A stretch of 59,422 nt of DNA from Anaerolinea sp. (GTDB taxonomy: Bacteria; Chloroflexota; Anaerolineae; Aggregatilineales; UBA2796): assembly GCA_014879835.1 (NCBI GenBank), contig JACSRJ010000153.1, forward strand, positions 1 to 59,422, in the 5' to 3' direction. The position numbers and the translations under genes are program-made. Below the pieces are notes generated by a model. It was not told the DNA's origin. It searched no databases and saw only the letters and a list, made by a program, of their open reading frames with translations. Shown one piece after another: positions 9,262 to 18,874 of this stretch; the first letter of the stretch is position 1, and the number at the start of each line of letters is the position of its first letter.

Positions 9262-9744
9262 ATGAGCATCATAAGGAACTTTCCCATGCGACGGCTGTTA
9301 ATCCCCATTGTGGTTGTTTTGGTACTGAGTCTTTCACTTACACCGGCATTTGCGGCTGCTGAAAAGTCAGTGACCATTACGGAAGCACAAGCAAACGAAC
9401 TGTATCGGGTGAAGAACCCCATCCGCCCCGCCGTGAGTAATGTGAGTGTGGACTTTCAGCCCGGTGTGGTGATCATCACCAGCACCGTTACGCGGCGTAA
9501 CGCCGCGGCAGTGATTGCGATCACAACCTACGCCCCTTACCTCAAAAATGGACGTCTGTACTGGACGGTGACCGCACGAACGAAGGACGGTACTGCCGTC
9601 CCTGCCGATGTGCTGGCACAGATCAATGCTTCCATTTCCACCTCTTGGTTCAATTTCATTCGAGGCAAACTGCCCGCAGGGAAGATCACTGGGATCGTGA
9701 TCACGGGCACAGACCTGAGCATCAGCTATACCACCCCGCGGTAG
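9262..9744 (+). CDS. secreted hypothetical protein
   Basis: Signal peptide (LLIPIVVVLVLSLSLTPAFAAA). No known motif. Confidence 0.5.
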   Translation: MSIIRNFPMRRLLIPIVVVLVLSLSLTPAFAAAEKSVTITEAQANELYRVKNPIRPAVSNVSVDFQPGVVIITSTVTRRNAAAVIAITTYAPYLKNGRLYWTVTARTKDGTAVPADVLAQINASISTSWFNFIRGKLPAGKITGIVITGTDLSISYTTPR

Positions 9745-9783
9745 TGGTTGGGCGAACCACCACCGCCTGTGTATCCCCCTTGC

Positions 9784-9818
9784 CACCCTTCCAGTTCAGG
9801 AAGGGTGGCGTTTTTTTG
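9784..9818. terminator. Rho-independent terminator (bidirectional position)
   Basis: CCACCCTTCC-agttca-GGAAGGGTGG followed by CGTTTTTTT. Lies between convergent genes. Confidence 0.6.
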
Positions 9819-9828
9819 AGGGTGATCC

Positions 9829-11238
9829 CTAACCTTCAGAAGTCGTCTGAGGTTGGGGGTGCGGGCAGCCCTCAGCTTTACTTTCGGCTGTCTTGAGGGA
9901 CTCGATAGCGGTTTTGCGGTGATAACGCACTCGCACCGCTGACGGATGGTTCGCCCCAGCCCCAGCGACTACCCGAATATCGCTGCTCACCAGTTCCGCT
10001 TCAAACTGCTGGAAGAACAGGGCACTGATTACGGCCATCTCGTTTTTGGCAAAGTTCATGCCTGTACACTTGTGGATACCGCCCCCAAAGCCGATGATCG
10101 CAAAGGGGTTTTTGCCTTCACTACGTTCGGGCGAATAACGCAGGGGATCAAAGCGCTCCGGATTGGTGAACACATCAGGCATAAAGTGAGAGGTGGCACC
10201 GCTGACCATCACCCGCCATCCGGCCGGAATCTGATAGGGACCAACCGTGATGGGCGCTTCAACGGTACGAATCTGAGTATCGGCCGAAGGACGGAAGCGG
10301 GTGGTCTCGTCTACCGCCCAGTAGATGTGCTCAAGCCGGCTTAAGACACTGGCGTCAATGGGTTTGTTGGGTTCAACTTCACGACTGATCTCGGCTTTAA
10401 CCAGCTTCAAATAGTCTGGGTGCTGAAGGAGCAGGGCGATAAGCCATGCCGCTTGTCCAGCGGTGGTCTCGTGTCCAGCGAAGATCAAGCCCATGAACAT
10501 GATCACAATACTGGCGTCAGGCAAGATCGAACCATCTTTGAGGGGAGTGGTGAGCAGAGTGCTGATCAAGTCATTATAGCGGCCCGGGTTCTCACGGCGC
10601 TTCTGGATGACCTTGTTGAGGACTTCTGCGATTTTCTTTTTGGACTGATCCCGCCGCCAGAATTTGGGCAGCGGCAGGGTTGGCGGCAGCACTGGGTCAA
10701 GGCTAGCACTAATCGCCTGATACCACTCCCAGAAGTTGGGACCCAACTCCTGCTCATAATCCTTGCCGATAAAAGAGCGTCCCGCAACCTGCTGGGTAAG
10801 CCGGAGCATCTCTTGGGTAACGTCAATCTCCCCATACTGCCCTAAGGAGTCCAGCCAGCGCTGCACTTCAAGGTTCATGGCCTCAATATAACCGACCATG
10901 CGCTCACGCTTAAAGACCTCTTGTAGGACGGGACGCTGGTTATAGTAATCTTCCTTGCTGGCAGTGAACAGCACCTCGCCAATAGCTTCCTTCAGAAAGG
11001 CATAACCTTCCTGCATGTTGAGGGCTTTGTCAGTCTCTGTGTAGAAGATACGGTTATATTCGGCTCCGGTAACGACCAGCGTATTGAGGGGCCCTAATTT
11101 GATGGCGAACAGATCGCCATGAGCGGCGTGTCCCCGCTTAAACAGACCGTCGCGGTCGCGGAGCATCTCAAGGGCATGGCCCAGCACGGGCAACCCTCCG
11201 GAGAGCATAGGGGGGGTAGGGACAGTGGTTGAAGACAT
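9829..11238 (-). CDS. cytochrome P450
   Basis: Heme-binding loop FGGGIHKCTGMNFA and AGHETT I-helix motif. 469 aa. Confidence 0.85.
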   Translation of the reverse strand: MSSTTVPTPPMLSGGLPVLGHALEMLRDRDGLFKRGHAAHGDLFAIKLGPLNTLVVTGAEYNRIFYTETDKALNMQEGYAFLKEAIGEVLFTASKEDYYNQRPVLQEVFKRERMVGYIEAMNLEVQRWLDSLGQYGEIDVTQEMLRLTQQVAGRSFIGKDYEQELGPNFWEWYQAISASLDPVLPPTLPLPKFWRRDQSKKKIAEVLNKVIQKRRENPGRYNDLISTLLTTPLKDGSILPDASIVIMFMGLIFAGHETTAGQAAWLIALLLQHPDYLKLVKAEISREVEPNKPIDASVLSRLEHIYWAVDETTRFRPSADTQIRTVEAPITVGPYQIPAGWRVMVSGATSHFMPDVFTNPERFDPLRYSPERSEGKNPFAIIGFGGGIHKCTGMNFAKNEMAVISALFFQQFEAELVSSDIRVVAGAGANHPSAVRVRYHRKTAIESLKTAESKAEGCPHPQPQTTSEG

Positions 11239-11285
11239 GGCGACTCTACTTCTCCGACTCTATTTCATTGGGTTGGGGTTTGTAG

Positions 11286-11309
11286 ATTCTGAAACGAACG
11301 TTTCAGAAT
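11286..11309. promoter_or_regulatory. 24-bp perfect palindrome (candidate operator) in the divergent P450 / ferredoxin-PAS-phosphatase intergenic region
   Basis: ATTCTGAAACGAACGTTTCAGAAT is exactly self-complementary. It lies 48 nt upstream of the P450 start. Confidence 0.35.
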
Positions 11310-11476
11310 TATCGTCAATTGTAGCACAGATGACCTCATCTGGGTTCTCTGGGGCGGTTTCGGAGCAAAAAGAATCAAAGCGCTGTGCCACTTGTCGCCC
11401 GATCTGATGACAAAACGCACCTGTAGGATACGAAGCCCTCGCCTACAATCAGACAAGTTCAAGCCAAAGGGGAGAC

Positions 11477-11755
11477 ATGAGTACAAAAATCGACGAGACC
11501 CTTTATGTGTGCATGGGATCGGCCTGCCATCAAAGCGGCGTTTATCAAGTGCTTCCGGTGCTTCAAAGGCTGCTTGAGGAACACGGTTTTGAGGGTCACA
11601 TTGCCCTTAAAGGGGCGTTTTGTTTGGGCCCGTGCATGGATGGGATCGTGATCAAACTGGGTGAACGCCTGATCCTACAGGTGAACCTCCATACCATTGA
11701 ACGTAAATTTCAGGAGGAGATTCTGCCCCTGCTTCAACAAGGAACGCAGCCATGA
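11477..11755 (+). CDS. [2Fe-2S] thioredoxin-like ferredoxin (NuoE-like fold)
   Basis: CMGSAC ... CLGPC cysteine pattern. 92 aa. Confidence 0.65.
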   Translation: MSTKIDETLYVCMGSACHQSGVYQVLPVLQRLLEEHGFEGHIALKGAFCLGPCMDGIVIKLGERLILQVNLHTIERKFQEEILPLLQQGTQP

Positions 11756-12264
11756 GCGCCGAGACGATCCGCAAAAGTTTGTGGGAACTGCTCTGGGACT
11801 ATGATCCCAACGGGTTGATCGCGGTGGATGAAAAGATGCACATTAAGGTTGTGAATCCCGCCTTCTGCCGCATGTTTCAGGTGAGCGCGGAGAAGGTCAT
11901 AGGGACTCATCTCGGCACCATCCTCGAAGATGTAAGCGACTTTCAGAAAGCATGGGAGCAAAATGCGCCCATCCCGGCTACCGAACATGTTTACAGCCGT
12001 TATGGGCTGCATGTGCGCAGGGTGATGTTTTCGATTCGGGATGAAAGGATCATTGCCTGCATCATGGTTGATCTGACCCATGAATGGCAGCAGCGTGAGG
12101 AGATGATTCGGATCAAGCGTGAGACCATCACCAAGATCAACGAAGTGGTGGATAACCAGATGAAAGTCGCCCAAGAGATTGCAGGTTTGCTGGGAGAAAC
12201 CACGGCCGAAACCAAAGTGAATCTGCTGCGTCTGATCCAAATGGTAGAGCAGGGGATGGTCTGA
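11752..12264 (+). CDS. PAS-domain sensor protein
   Basis: PAS-like N-terminal region (IAVDEKMHIKVVNPAFCRMF). 4-nt overlap with the upstream gene. Confidence 0.6.
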   Translation: MSAETIRKSLWELLWDYDPNGLIAVDEKMHIKVVNPAFCRMFQVSAEKVIGTHLGTILEDVSDFQKAWEQNAPIPATEHVYSRYGLHVRRVMFSIRDERIIACIMVDLTHEWQQREEMIRIKRETITKINEVVDNQMKVAQEIAGLLGETTAETKVNLLRLIQMVEQGMV

Positions 12265-12265
12265 G

Positions 12266-13426
12266 GTGGATTCCTTCCTTGATATTTACAGCGCTAGCCT
12301 GAATAAAACTGGCGAAGAACTATGTGGCGACAAGGTCAAGGTGATCAAAACCCCACACAAGATCATCGCGGTGCTGTCTGATGGCTTGGGCAGTGGGGTC
12401 AAGGCCAACATCCTCGCCACCCTGACCACCGAGATCATTGTGACCATGCTTCGGGCCGATGTGCCTCTTGATGAAGTCATGCGCACCGTGATCGGCACCT
12501 TGCCCATCTGTAAAGTGCGTAAGGTGGCTTATGCGACCTTTACGGCCATTGAGGTGAATCAACACACCAACGCTTTTAAGGTCGTGAACTTTGATAACCC
12601 ACCTCCGATCTATCTTAAAAGCGGGCGACGGGTTTCGCTGGAGTCAGCGGAAACCCGAGTCATGGATCGACTCATTCGGATCAGCGAAGGGCAGCTCACT
12701 CACGGTGATTTTTTGGGGATCATCAGTGATGGGGTGCTGCACGCGGGTTTAGGCACCGTCTGGAACTTCGGCTGGGGTTGGGAGAATGTGGCCAAACACC
12801 TTGAGGGCGCGTTTCGGCGCTGTGGGCACGGCGCAAAGCCGCTGGTGCAGGAGGTGATCCACAAGACTCGTGCGCTGTATGCGGATGCCATTGGTGACGA
12901 TGCCACCCTTATTGGGTTGTATGCCCGCCGCAGCCAGCGCTTGATGATCCTTACCGGCCCGCCACTGGACAGCGCCGATGACATGATTCAGGTGAAGCGT
13001 CTCTTTGATTTTGAGGGGCGACGAGTGGTCTGCGGGGGCACAACGGGCAATATTGTTGCCGAATATTTGGGCGAGCGCATCGATACCGATCTGGTCACCT
13101 TACGTCCGGATGTTCCGCCCATCGGTAAGCTCAAAGGGATCGATCTCCTTACGGAGGGGATCATCACCCTGTCCAAAACCCTTGATCATCTGCGCGGCTG
13201 CCGGGGAGAAGATCAGCTTCTGCCCTCAGATCGTAATGGCGCAACCCTGCTGGCCCGTGAGCTGCTGCGCGCCGATTCGATCTTTTTTTTGGTGGGGCAG
13301 AAGATCAATGAGTTTTATCAAAGCCCGCTGCTGCCGGGTAATCTCTCCTTACGCAAAAAGCTGATCGAGGAGATCGCCCAAGTCCTGATCGAGTACCACA
13401 AGGATATTCAGATCGAGTACTGCTGA
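12266..13426 (+). CDS. SpoIIE/PP2C-type serine phosphatase with an uncharacterised C-terminal domain
   Basis: LCGDKV...AVLSDGLGSG metal-binding motifs typical of SpoIIE/RsbU phosphatases. Start 2 nt after the PAS gene stop. Confidence 0.7.
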   Translation: MDSFLDIYSASLNKTGEELCGDKVKVIKTPHKIIAVLSDGLGSGVKANILATLTTEIIVTMLRADVPLDEVMRTVIGTLPICKVRKVAYATFTAIEVNQHTNAFKVVNFDNPPPIYLKSGRRVSLESAETRVMDRLIRISEGQLTHGDFLGIISDGVLHAGLGTVWNFGWGWENVAKHLEGAFRRCGHGAKPLVQEVIHKTRALYADAIGDDATLIGLYARRSQRLMILTGPPLDSADDMIQVKRLFDFEGRRVVCGGTTGNIVAEYLGERIDTDLVTLRPDVPPIGKLKGIDLLTEGIITLSKTLDHLRGCRGEDQLLPSDRNGATLLARELLRADSIFFLVGQKINEFYQSPLLPGNLSLRKKLIEEIAQVLIEYHKDIQIEYC

Positions 13427-13447
13427 GGGTCTCTCCGATTGCTGAGC

Positions 13448-14179
13448 CTATACCTCAACCCCGGAGGGTTTAAGCTGATACTGCTCAAAGGCTTCTGCGG
13501 CGATGGGCACTGTGGGCTTTACAAATTCCCGATAGATGGTGTGGGCATAAACCCTGATCTCATACTGGGCATCCGGGGCAAGGCGCAATCGCAGAAAGTT
13601 GAATAGATTGTGCAGATCGGTTTTAACGATCCATGTGTAGTACACCCCAAAACCCGGCAAAAACAAACGCGCCATCTCCCTTGAGGAACCCTGCCGCAGG
13701 GCCTTCTGATAGAGTGCAAAACCCTGTGCGTAAAAATCGATCAGGTCTTGGGTCAGTTCGGTGTTGGCTTCAGGTTCAAGTTCACCTAGACTGGCCTGCT
13801 TATTGTCGGGTGATTGTTTGCGCCATACAGCCGGGACATAAAACTCGTCCTCCGCAAACTCGGTGTAACGCCCTGACTGCGCATTATAGCTGGCGGTGCG
13901 GTGCCTTGCCCACTGCCACCATGTGACCACCGGCGCTTTGACCCGGAACTTAAACTCCACCATCTCAAAAGGGGAGGTGTGTTTGTGGCGCATCAGGTAG
14001 TGGATCAGGCGGGCGTCCTTTTCCCCGCCTTTGCTCTCCCCCAAAAAGGAGACCCGGGCCGCTGAAGCAATGGCGGTATCAGGGCTAACCCCGGTGAGGG
14101 GGTGGGGCATAATATCCTGAAGTTCTACATAACCTTTATCCAGAACGGATACACGCTTACCGATCAGTTCGCTGCTCAT
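13448..14179 (-). CDS. thyX: FAD-dependent thymidylate synthase
   Basis: ThyX signature RHRTASYNAQSGRY. Confidence 0.9.
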   Translation of the reverse strand: MSSELIGKRVSVLDKGYVELQDIMPHPLTGVSPDTAIASAARVSFLGESKGGEKDARLIHYLMRHKHTSPFEMVEFKFRVKAPVVTWWQWARHRTASYNAQSGRYTEFAEDEFYVPAVWRKQSPDNKQASLGELEPEANTELTQDLIDFYAQGFALYQKALRQGSSREMARLFLPGFGVYYTWIVKTDLHNLFNFLRLRLAPDAQYEIRVYAHTIYREFVKPTVPIAAEAFEQYQLKPSGVEV

Positions 14180-15726
14180 GGTTTCTCCACTCTGAGGGGA
14201 TCATAGTCGCGCAAATAGTTCAGCCGAATTTCACTCGTTTTGAGGTACAGTTCCGGGGGGAGCGCACCCCAAAAGTCGGCGGGGGTGGCGATCCGATCTT
14301 GACTGGCTTTGAGGTAATCCTGCCACCACTTAAAAAAGGCCTCATCACCGATCAGATCGCGGATCTCCTGAAACATACTTGCACCCCGCAAATAGACCGC
14401 ATTGATATAGGGGCGTGCGGCTTGATACTCATACACAGCGGAATCAACATACCCTTTGGGTTGAAGCTGCTTCACCCGGAACAACCACCACCACTGGACA
14501 TCCACCGGGGTCTTGGTCTCCATATAGAGCAGTTCACAGTAAATGGCGATGGCCTCATCGAGGTAGGGGTATGCGCCCTGATCGTTGGTCACCAGTGAGT
14601 AGTACCATTGATGCGCCACTTCGTGCGCGGTGATCAGGGTTAACCACGAAGTCAGACGCCCTTGATAACCACTGAACCAGCCTGTGCCCACATAAACGAT
14701 CCCGCTGAATTCCATCCCATCAAAAAAATCTGCTTCCACCACCACAATTCGGGAGTAGGGCAGTTTCCCAAAAAGCCGGGTATACAACTCCGCCGCCTCA
14801 ACCGCCACTTGAAGGGCATGTTTGGGAGCGGATGTGCTGATCCCTTCGCCAATGAAATGATACAGATCAATCAGCAGCCCGTCTTTGGTGCGGGCATTGA
14901 GCAGACTCATCTTGTTGGAGAGGCTTAGGGTGAAGGAACGCCCCTGCCGAAAGAGGATCGACCACTCACCATCACCCACCTGCCGCACTTCACCCGGCGC
15001 AATCAGGATCAGGCTGGTATCGCCTCTCACCTTCACCCGCACTTGAAAATCTCCCAGTTCGGAGTAGGTGTACTCACCCACACTGCCGGCCTGAGGGGTG
15101 CGCCAGACACCCTCGATATAAGGCGCAGCTTCGGGCAGCCAGTACCCTAGGTTCAATTGGCGGGGGGTGTGGCTAAAATAGCGCGCACGGGCGCTGGTCA
15201 GTTCTGGGATTTGCAGACTGAAGCTCAGATCAAAGGCCGCCGCGCAGCCTGTCCGAAGGGGTGTCACCAGATTAATTTCGAGGCGTGCATCCTCAAGGGT
15301 ATAACCGGCAAGGGCGGCCCCTGCCGCGGCCGTGAGGTTATCCAGCAAAAAGACCCCCGGCGCACGGTTGGTATCGATGTTTAGAACGATCTGGGAAAGG
15401 CTCTTACCCGTGCGGTTATGGTAGGTGAGGCGCATCGCTACCTTCACCTGATAAGTTTCGGTATCGATCTGGGCCTCAACTTCGTAACGCGCCAGCGGCG
15501 TCTCCTTATTTGAGGATTCGCACAGCAGTTCTGGCTCCACCGTTAAGGTATCTGGTGGGGTTGCGGTGGTATAAACGGGTGCACTGGTCATGGTCACAAC
15601 CGGAGCCAAAGTGGAATCGCCCACCGCCCCTGCCAGAGGATGGGTGGGGGTAGGGGCACTGTCGCTCAGCCCACAAGCCAAGGTACTGAGCGCCAACCAT
15701 AAAAAAAACACGACCCGACTGCGCAT
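14176..15726 (-). CDS. M1-family zinc metallopeptidase-like lipoprotein
   Basis: HEVAH plus Glu 19 residues after the second His. N-terminal lipoprotein-like signal (LALSTLACG). Confidence 0.7.
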   Translation of the reverse strand: MRSRVVFFLWLALSTLACGLSDSAPTPTHPLAGAVGDSTLAPVVTMTSAPVYTTATPPDTLTVEPELLCESSNKETPLARYEVEAQIDTETYQVKVAMRLTYHNRTGKSLSQIVLNIDTNRAPGVFLLDNLTAAAGAALAGYTLEDARLEINLVTPLRTGCAAAFDLSFSLQIPELTSARARYFSHTPRQLNLGYWLPEAAPYIEGVWRTPQAGSVGEYTYSELGDFQVRVKVRGDTSLILIAPGEVRQVGDGEWSILFRQGRSFTLSLSNKMSLLNARTKDGLLIDLYHFIGEGISTSAPKHALQVAVEAAELYTRLFGKLPYSRIVVVEADFFDGMEFSGIVYVGTGWFSGYQGRLTSWLTLITAHEVAHQWYYSLVTNDQGAYPYLDEAIAIYCELLYMETKTPVDVQWWWLFRVKQLQPKGYVDSAVYEYQAARPYINAVYLRGASMFQEIRDLIGDEAFFKWWQDYLKASQDRIATPADFWGALPPELYLKTSEIRLNYLRDYDPLRVEKP

Positions 15727-15951
15727 GGTGTAACCTGAAAATTCCTCATGCCCAAAGGTGAATTGCCCAGATCGGCATGATTGTTCACCACAAAGGGGTG
15801 GACGTCAACTCTCTTGTATGACGTTTTGGGGACGACTGCCCCCTGATTGGTGGGCGTTCGGGTGCGCCTCACAAACTCATCAAACCTTCATCCCCAGACC
15901 GGGCAGCCACACGGGGCTGCCCCTACGAGGTATCTGGTTGGGGAGAGGGTG

Positions 15952-17292
15952 TCAAATGGCTTTGGAAAGGGCCGCCAGCACCACTGGCAGAAGCTGCTTC
16001 TTGCGTGAGACCACCCCAGAAGCGTCGAGGGTGCCATCATCCAAACGAGCGTAAGGCATGGCGCTGATCAAACGCTGCCCACCGACCACGATCAAACGGC
16101 TGTTGCCCCGCACCACATCGGTCACCATGAGCATACTCAGGGCAAGCTGGCGATCCTCGCTCAGCTTTTGCAGTGCCGCATTCAATTCATCAAGGCGCTC
16201 CGCAATTTCCCGGAAGTTGGCAGTTTCGATCTGCGCGATCCCCACCTTGGCCCCGTTGGCCTCATAAAACTTGAGATCGGCATTCAGGATTTCCTCCGCC
16301 CCGCGTCCACGCATCCCCGCGCCAGCGGCCAGCATCGCATCCCCTAATTCTTTGACGGCTGCTTCGCGGCTGCCCTCACTTTCGGGCAGTCCGGCCATCT
16401 CCGCCAGACGCATGGCCGCGCTGCGATCACGGGCCGTGGTGGTGGGTGAGCGGAAAATCAAGGTATCGGAAAGGATGGCGCACAAAAGCATCCCAGCAAT
16501 TGAGGCGGGGATGGTCAGACCGCGCTCAAAAGCTTGTTCGGCCACCAGTGTAGAGCAGCACCCGACTGGTTCGATCACAAAGCGAATGGGCACAGAGGTG
16601 GGTAGGGTATCGAGTCGATGGTGATCAAGGACTTCGATCACTTCGGCATCTTCCAAACCGGGCACGGCCTGACGCAGTTCATTGTGATCTACCATCACCA
16701 CTTGACGGCGGGGTGGGGCCAAAAGGGCGGACTTACGGCATAAGCCCACATAACGCCCTTCTTCATCGATCACGATAAATTCATCCTGATCGGAACGCAT
16801 GGCCTGAGCGATCACATCCCGGATGCGCTCATTGTCCTTGAGCATCAGCCCATGTGGATCAACCGCATTTTCAGTCGGGCTGTTTAAGGTACTGGCGAGG
16901 GCCAGTACTGAGGTCGAACTGAGCGCTTCGGCCAGTACCCCAAACATGCCAGCACCAGAGACGATCCCTATCGGTTTATGGTCTAGGTCTTGGATCGGGA
17001 CGGATCGGCGGGTCTTGGCAATGGTCTGGATCGCTTTGAGCATGTTTTCACTCTTCTCAAGGGGGATCACATGTTCGGTGACTTCCCCCACACGCCCCCA
17101 CACATCCGCCACCAGCGGCGGAGGCGTCACCTGAAAGCGTTCCATCACAAAAGTCGTTTGGGGGTTCATCTCCCCGGTGCGTCCGGCGGTGTAATGCCCC
17201 GGTTCACTCTGATTTAGAACCCACGCATAACCCACCGCTGAAGCAATAGCATCCGTATCTGGGTTGCGATGCCCAATGACAAGTACAGTCAT
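15952..17292 (-). CDS. DHH-family phosphoesterase with CBS domains (CBS-pyrophosphatase-like)
   Basis: MTVLVIGHRNPDTDAIASAVGYA DHH N-terminal motif. DHH...GGH region. Confidence 0.7.
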   Translation of the reverse strand: MTVLVIGHRNPDTDAIASAVGYAWVLNQSEPGHYTAGRTGEMNPQTTFVMERFQVTPPPLVADVWGRVGEVTEHVIPLEKSENMLKAIQTIAKTRRSVPIQDLDHKPIGIVSGAGMFGVLAEALSSTSVLALASTLNSPTENAVDPHGLMLKDNERIRDVIAQAMRSDQDEFIVIDEEGRYVGLCRKSALLAPPRRQVVMVDHNELRQAVPGLEDAEVIEVLDHHRLDTLPTSVPIRFVIEPVGCCSTLVAEQAFERGLTIPASIAGMLLCAILSDTLIFRSPTTTARDRSAAMRLAEMAGLPESEGSREAAVKELGDAMLAAGAGMRGRGAEEILNADLKFYEANGAKVGIAQIETANFREIAERLDELNAALQKLSEDRQLALSMLMVTDVVRGNSRLIVVGGQRLISAMPYARLDDGTLDASGVVSRKKQLLPVVLAALSKAI

Positions 17293-17313
17293 CAATGATC
17301 CTCTCAAGTCCTC

Positions 17314-18864
17314 TCAGGTTAATGGTTCAGGGATATAACGGCTCAAAGACGCGGGCAAACTGACGCCCTGCGCGTTGAGGGTCCCGATTCGGTGTAGATA
17401 GGCCGCACCCCGCATCAGGTGGAAGGCCACCTCCGCAGCACGGCGGTTTTCAGGGGCTTCGAGATAGGTTCCCCGCGCCCAGTCATTAAATGCGCCCATT
17501 GAGGGCCCGCACCAGATTTGATAATCCATCTCGCGCCCGGCTTCGCCGCTGCTTGACCAGCGTGAGGACAGGCCCAGATACCACCGGAACACAAGGGCCA
17601 TCTCCCGTTTGGGGTTGCCCTGCGCACGGTGCAGCACTTCGGGATCACGCTCATTAAAATAGCTCACAGTGCCCTGCCAGATGTCGGCGTAGGTGCGCTT
17701 AAAGACCTGTTTTTCGAGCTTCTCGCGCTCCGCTGCCGGGATGGACTCCCATGAGTCAAACTCTCGGTAGAGATCATAGAGTTTTTGGGCGCGCATGGGG
17801 AAGAGTGTGCCCCGTTTGAGGAGCTGCACCTTCACCCCCATCTCAAACATGTCCGCAGAGGGGGCCATGACCACATCCGCCATATCAGCCTGAGCGAGGA
17901 GTTTGCGGGTATGGGCTGAGGTGCCCGCTTCTACCACGGCTTGATTGACCGAGCCAGTGACCACATAACCCGCACCCATCATCAAGGCCGCCAGCACCGC
18001 GCTTGGGGTTCCAATGCCGCCGCCCGCTCCAACTCGGATTGGGGTGGGGAAGTTCCACTTTGCCTGAAGCTCGTCACGCAGGGCCAAGATCGAGGGCAGG
18101 AGTGTTACCAATGGGCGGTTATCGGTGTGCCCGCCCGAATCCGCTTCGGCGGTGACATCATCGGCAACGGGTACCCGTGCTGCCAGTGCGGCCTGTGTCT
18201 CGCTGATCAGACCTGCGGTGATCATCTCCCGCAGCATCCGCTCCGGGGGTGGCTGCATAAACTTGGCCGCCACTTCACGCCGGGAGAGTTTGGCGATCAC
18301 CCGATTGCCAATGTTCACCGCGCCAGCACCATCAACACTTAAACCCTGAGCGCGATACCGCACCACATGGGGGGTGAGGTCAAGAAATGCCGACGCTTCG
18401 ACCACCTTGATCCCATACTGCAAGTAGAGATCAACGGCGCGGCGCTCAAGGGCTTCCTCATTGGGGCTGTGAATCAGGTTAAAGGCATAACTGCTCTGGG
18501 GAAGCCCGGCCTGAATGCTGTGGATGGCAGCCTCGATCCGCGAAGGAACCAGCCCGGCAGCCCCAAACGACCCCAATAAACCCGCTTTGCCTAGGGCGAT
18601 CACCAGTGCCTCGGAGGCGATTCCACCGGCCATCGCGCCGGCCATGTAACAAAAGCGCAGCCCGTAGGCGTGGCGGAAGCCAGAATCTCCTAAATTTTCA
18701 GGGGCAATGGGCGTGGCATACGCCACCAGATTTTCACTAAGGGGTGCATGGCTGATCCCAATTTGCCCGCCCTGACGGATTACATAACAAGGCTGCTCAA
18801 ACCGGAGGAGGGCAGCGCGCAGTGAGGCTTCGTCAAACGCAACTGCGGGAGAAGGAGCATTCAT
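17314..18864 (-). CDS. PfaD-family trans-acting enoyl reductase (PUFA/polyketide synthase-associated, nitronate monooxygenase fold)
   Basis: FCYMAGAMAGGIASEALVIALGKAG and GAGGGIGTP FMN-binding motifs typical of PfaD/PksE. Confidence 0.7.
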   Translation of the reverse strand: MNAPSPAVAFDEASLRAALLRFEQPCYVIRQGGQIGISHAPLSENLVAYATPIAPENLGDSGFRHAYGLRFCYMAGAMAGGIASEALVIALGKAGLLGSFGAAGLVPSRIEAAIHSIQAGLPQSSYAFNLIHSPNEEALERRAVDLYLQYGIKVVEASAFLDLTPHVVRYRAQGLSVDGAGAVNIGNRVIAKLSRREVAAKFMQPPPERMLREMITAGLISETQAALAARVPVADDVTAEADSGGHTDNRPLVTLLPSILALRDELQAKWNFPTPIRVGAGGGIGTPSAVLAALMMGAGYVVTGSVNQAVVEAGTSAHTRKLLAQADMADVVMAPSADMFEMGVKVQLLKRGTLFPMRAQKLYDLYREFDSWESIPAAEREKLEKQVFKRTYADIWQGTVSYFNERDPEVLHRAQGNPKREMALVFRWYLGLSSRWSSSGEAGREMDYQIWCGPSMGAFNDWARGTYLEAPENRRAAEVAFHLMRGAAYLHRIGTLNAQGVSLPASLSRYIPEPLT

Positions 18865-18874
18865 CAGATTCGAC

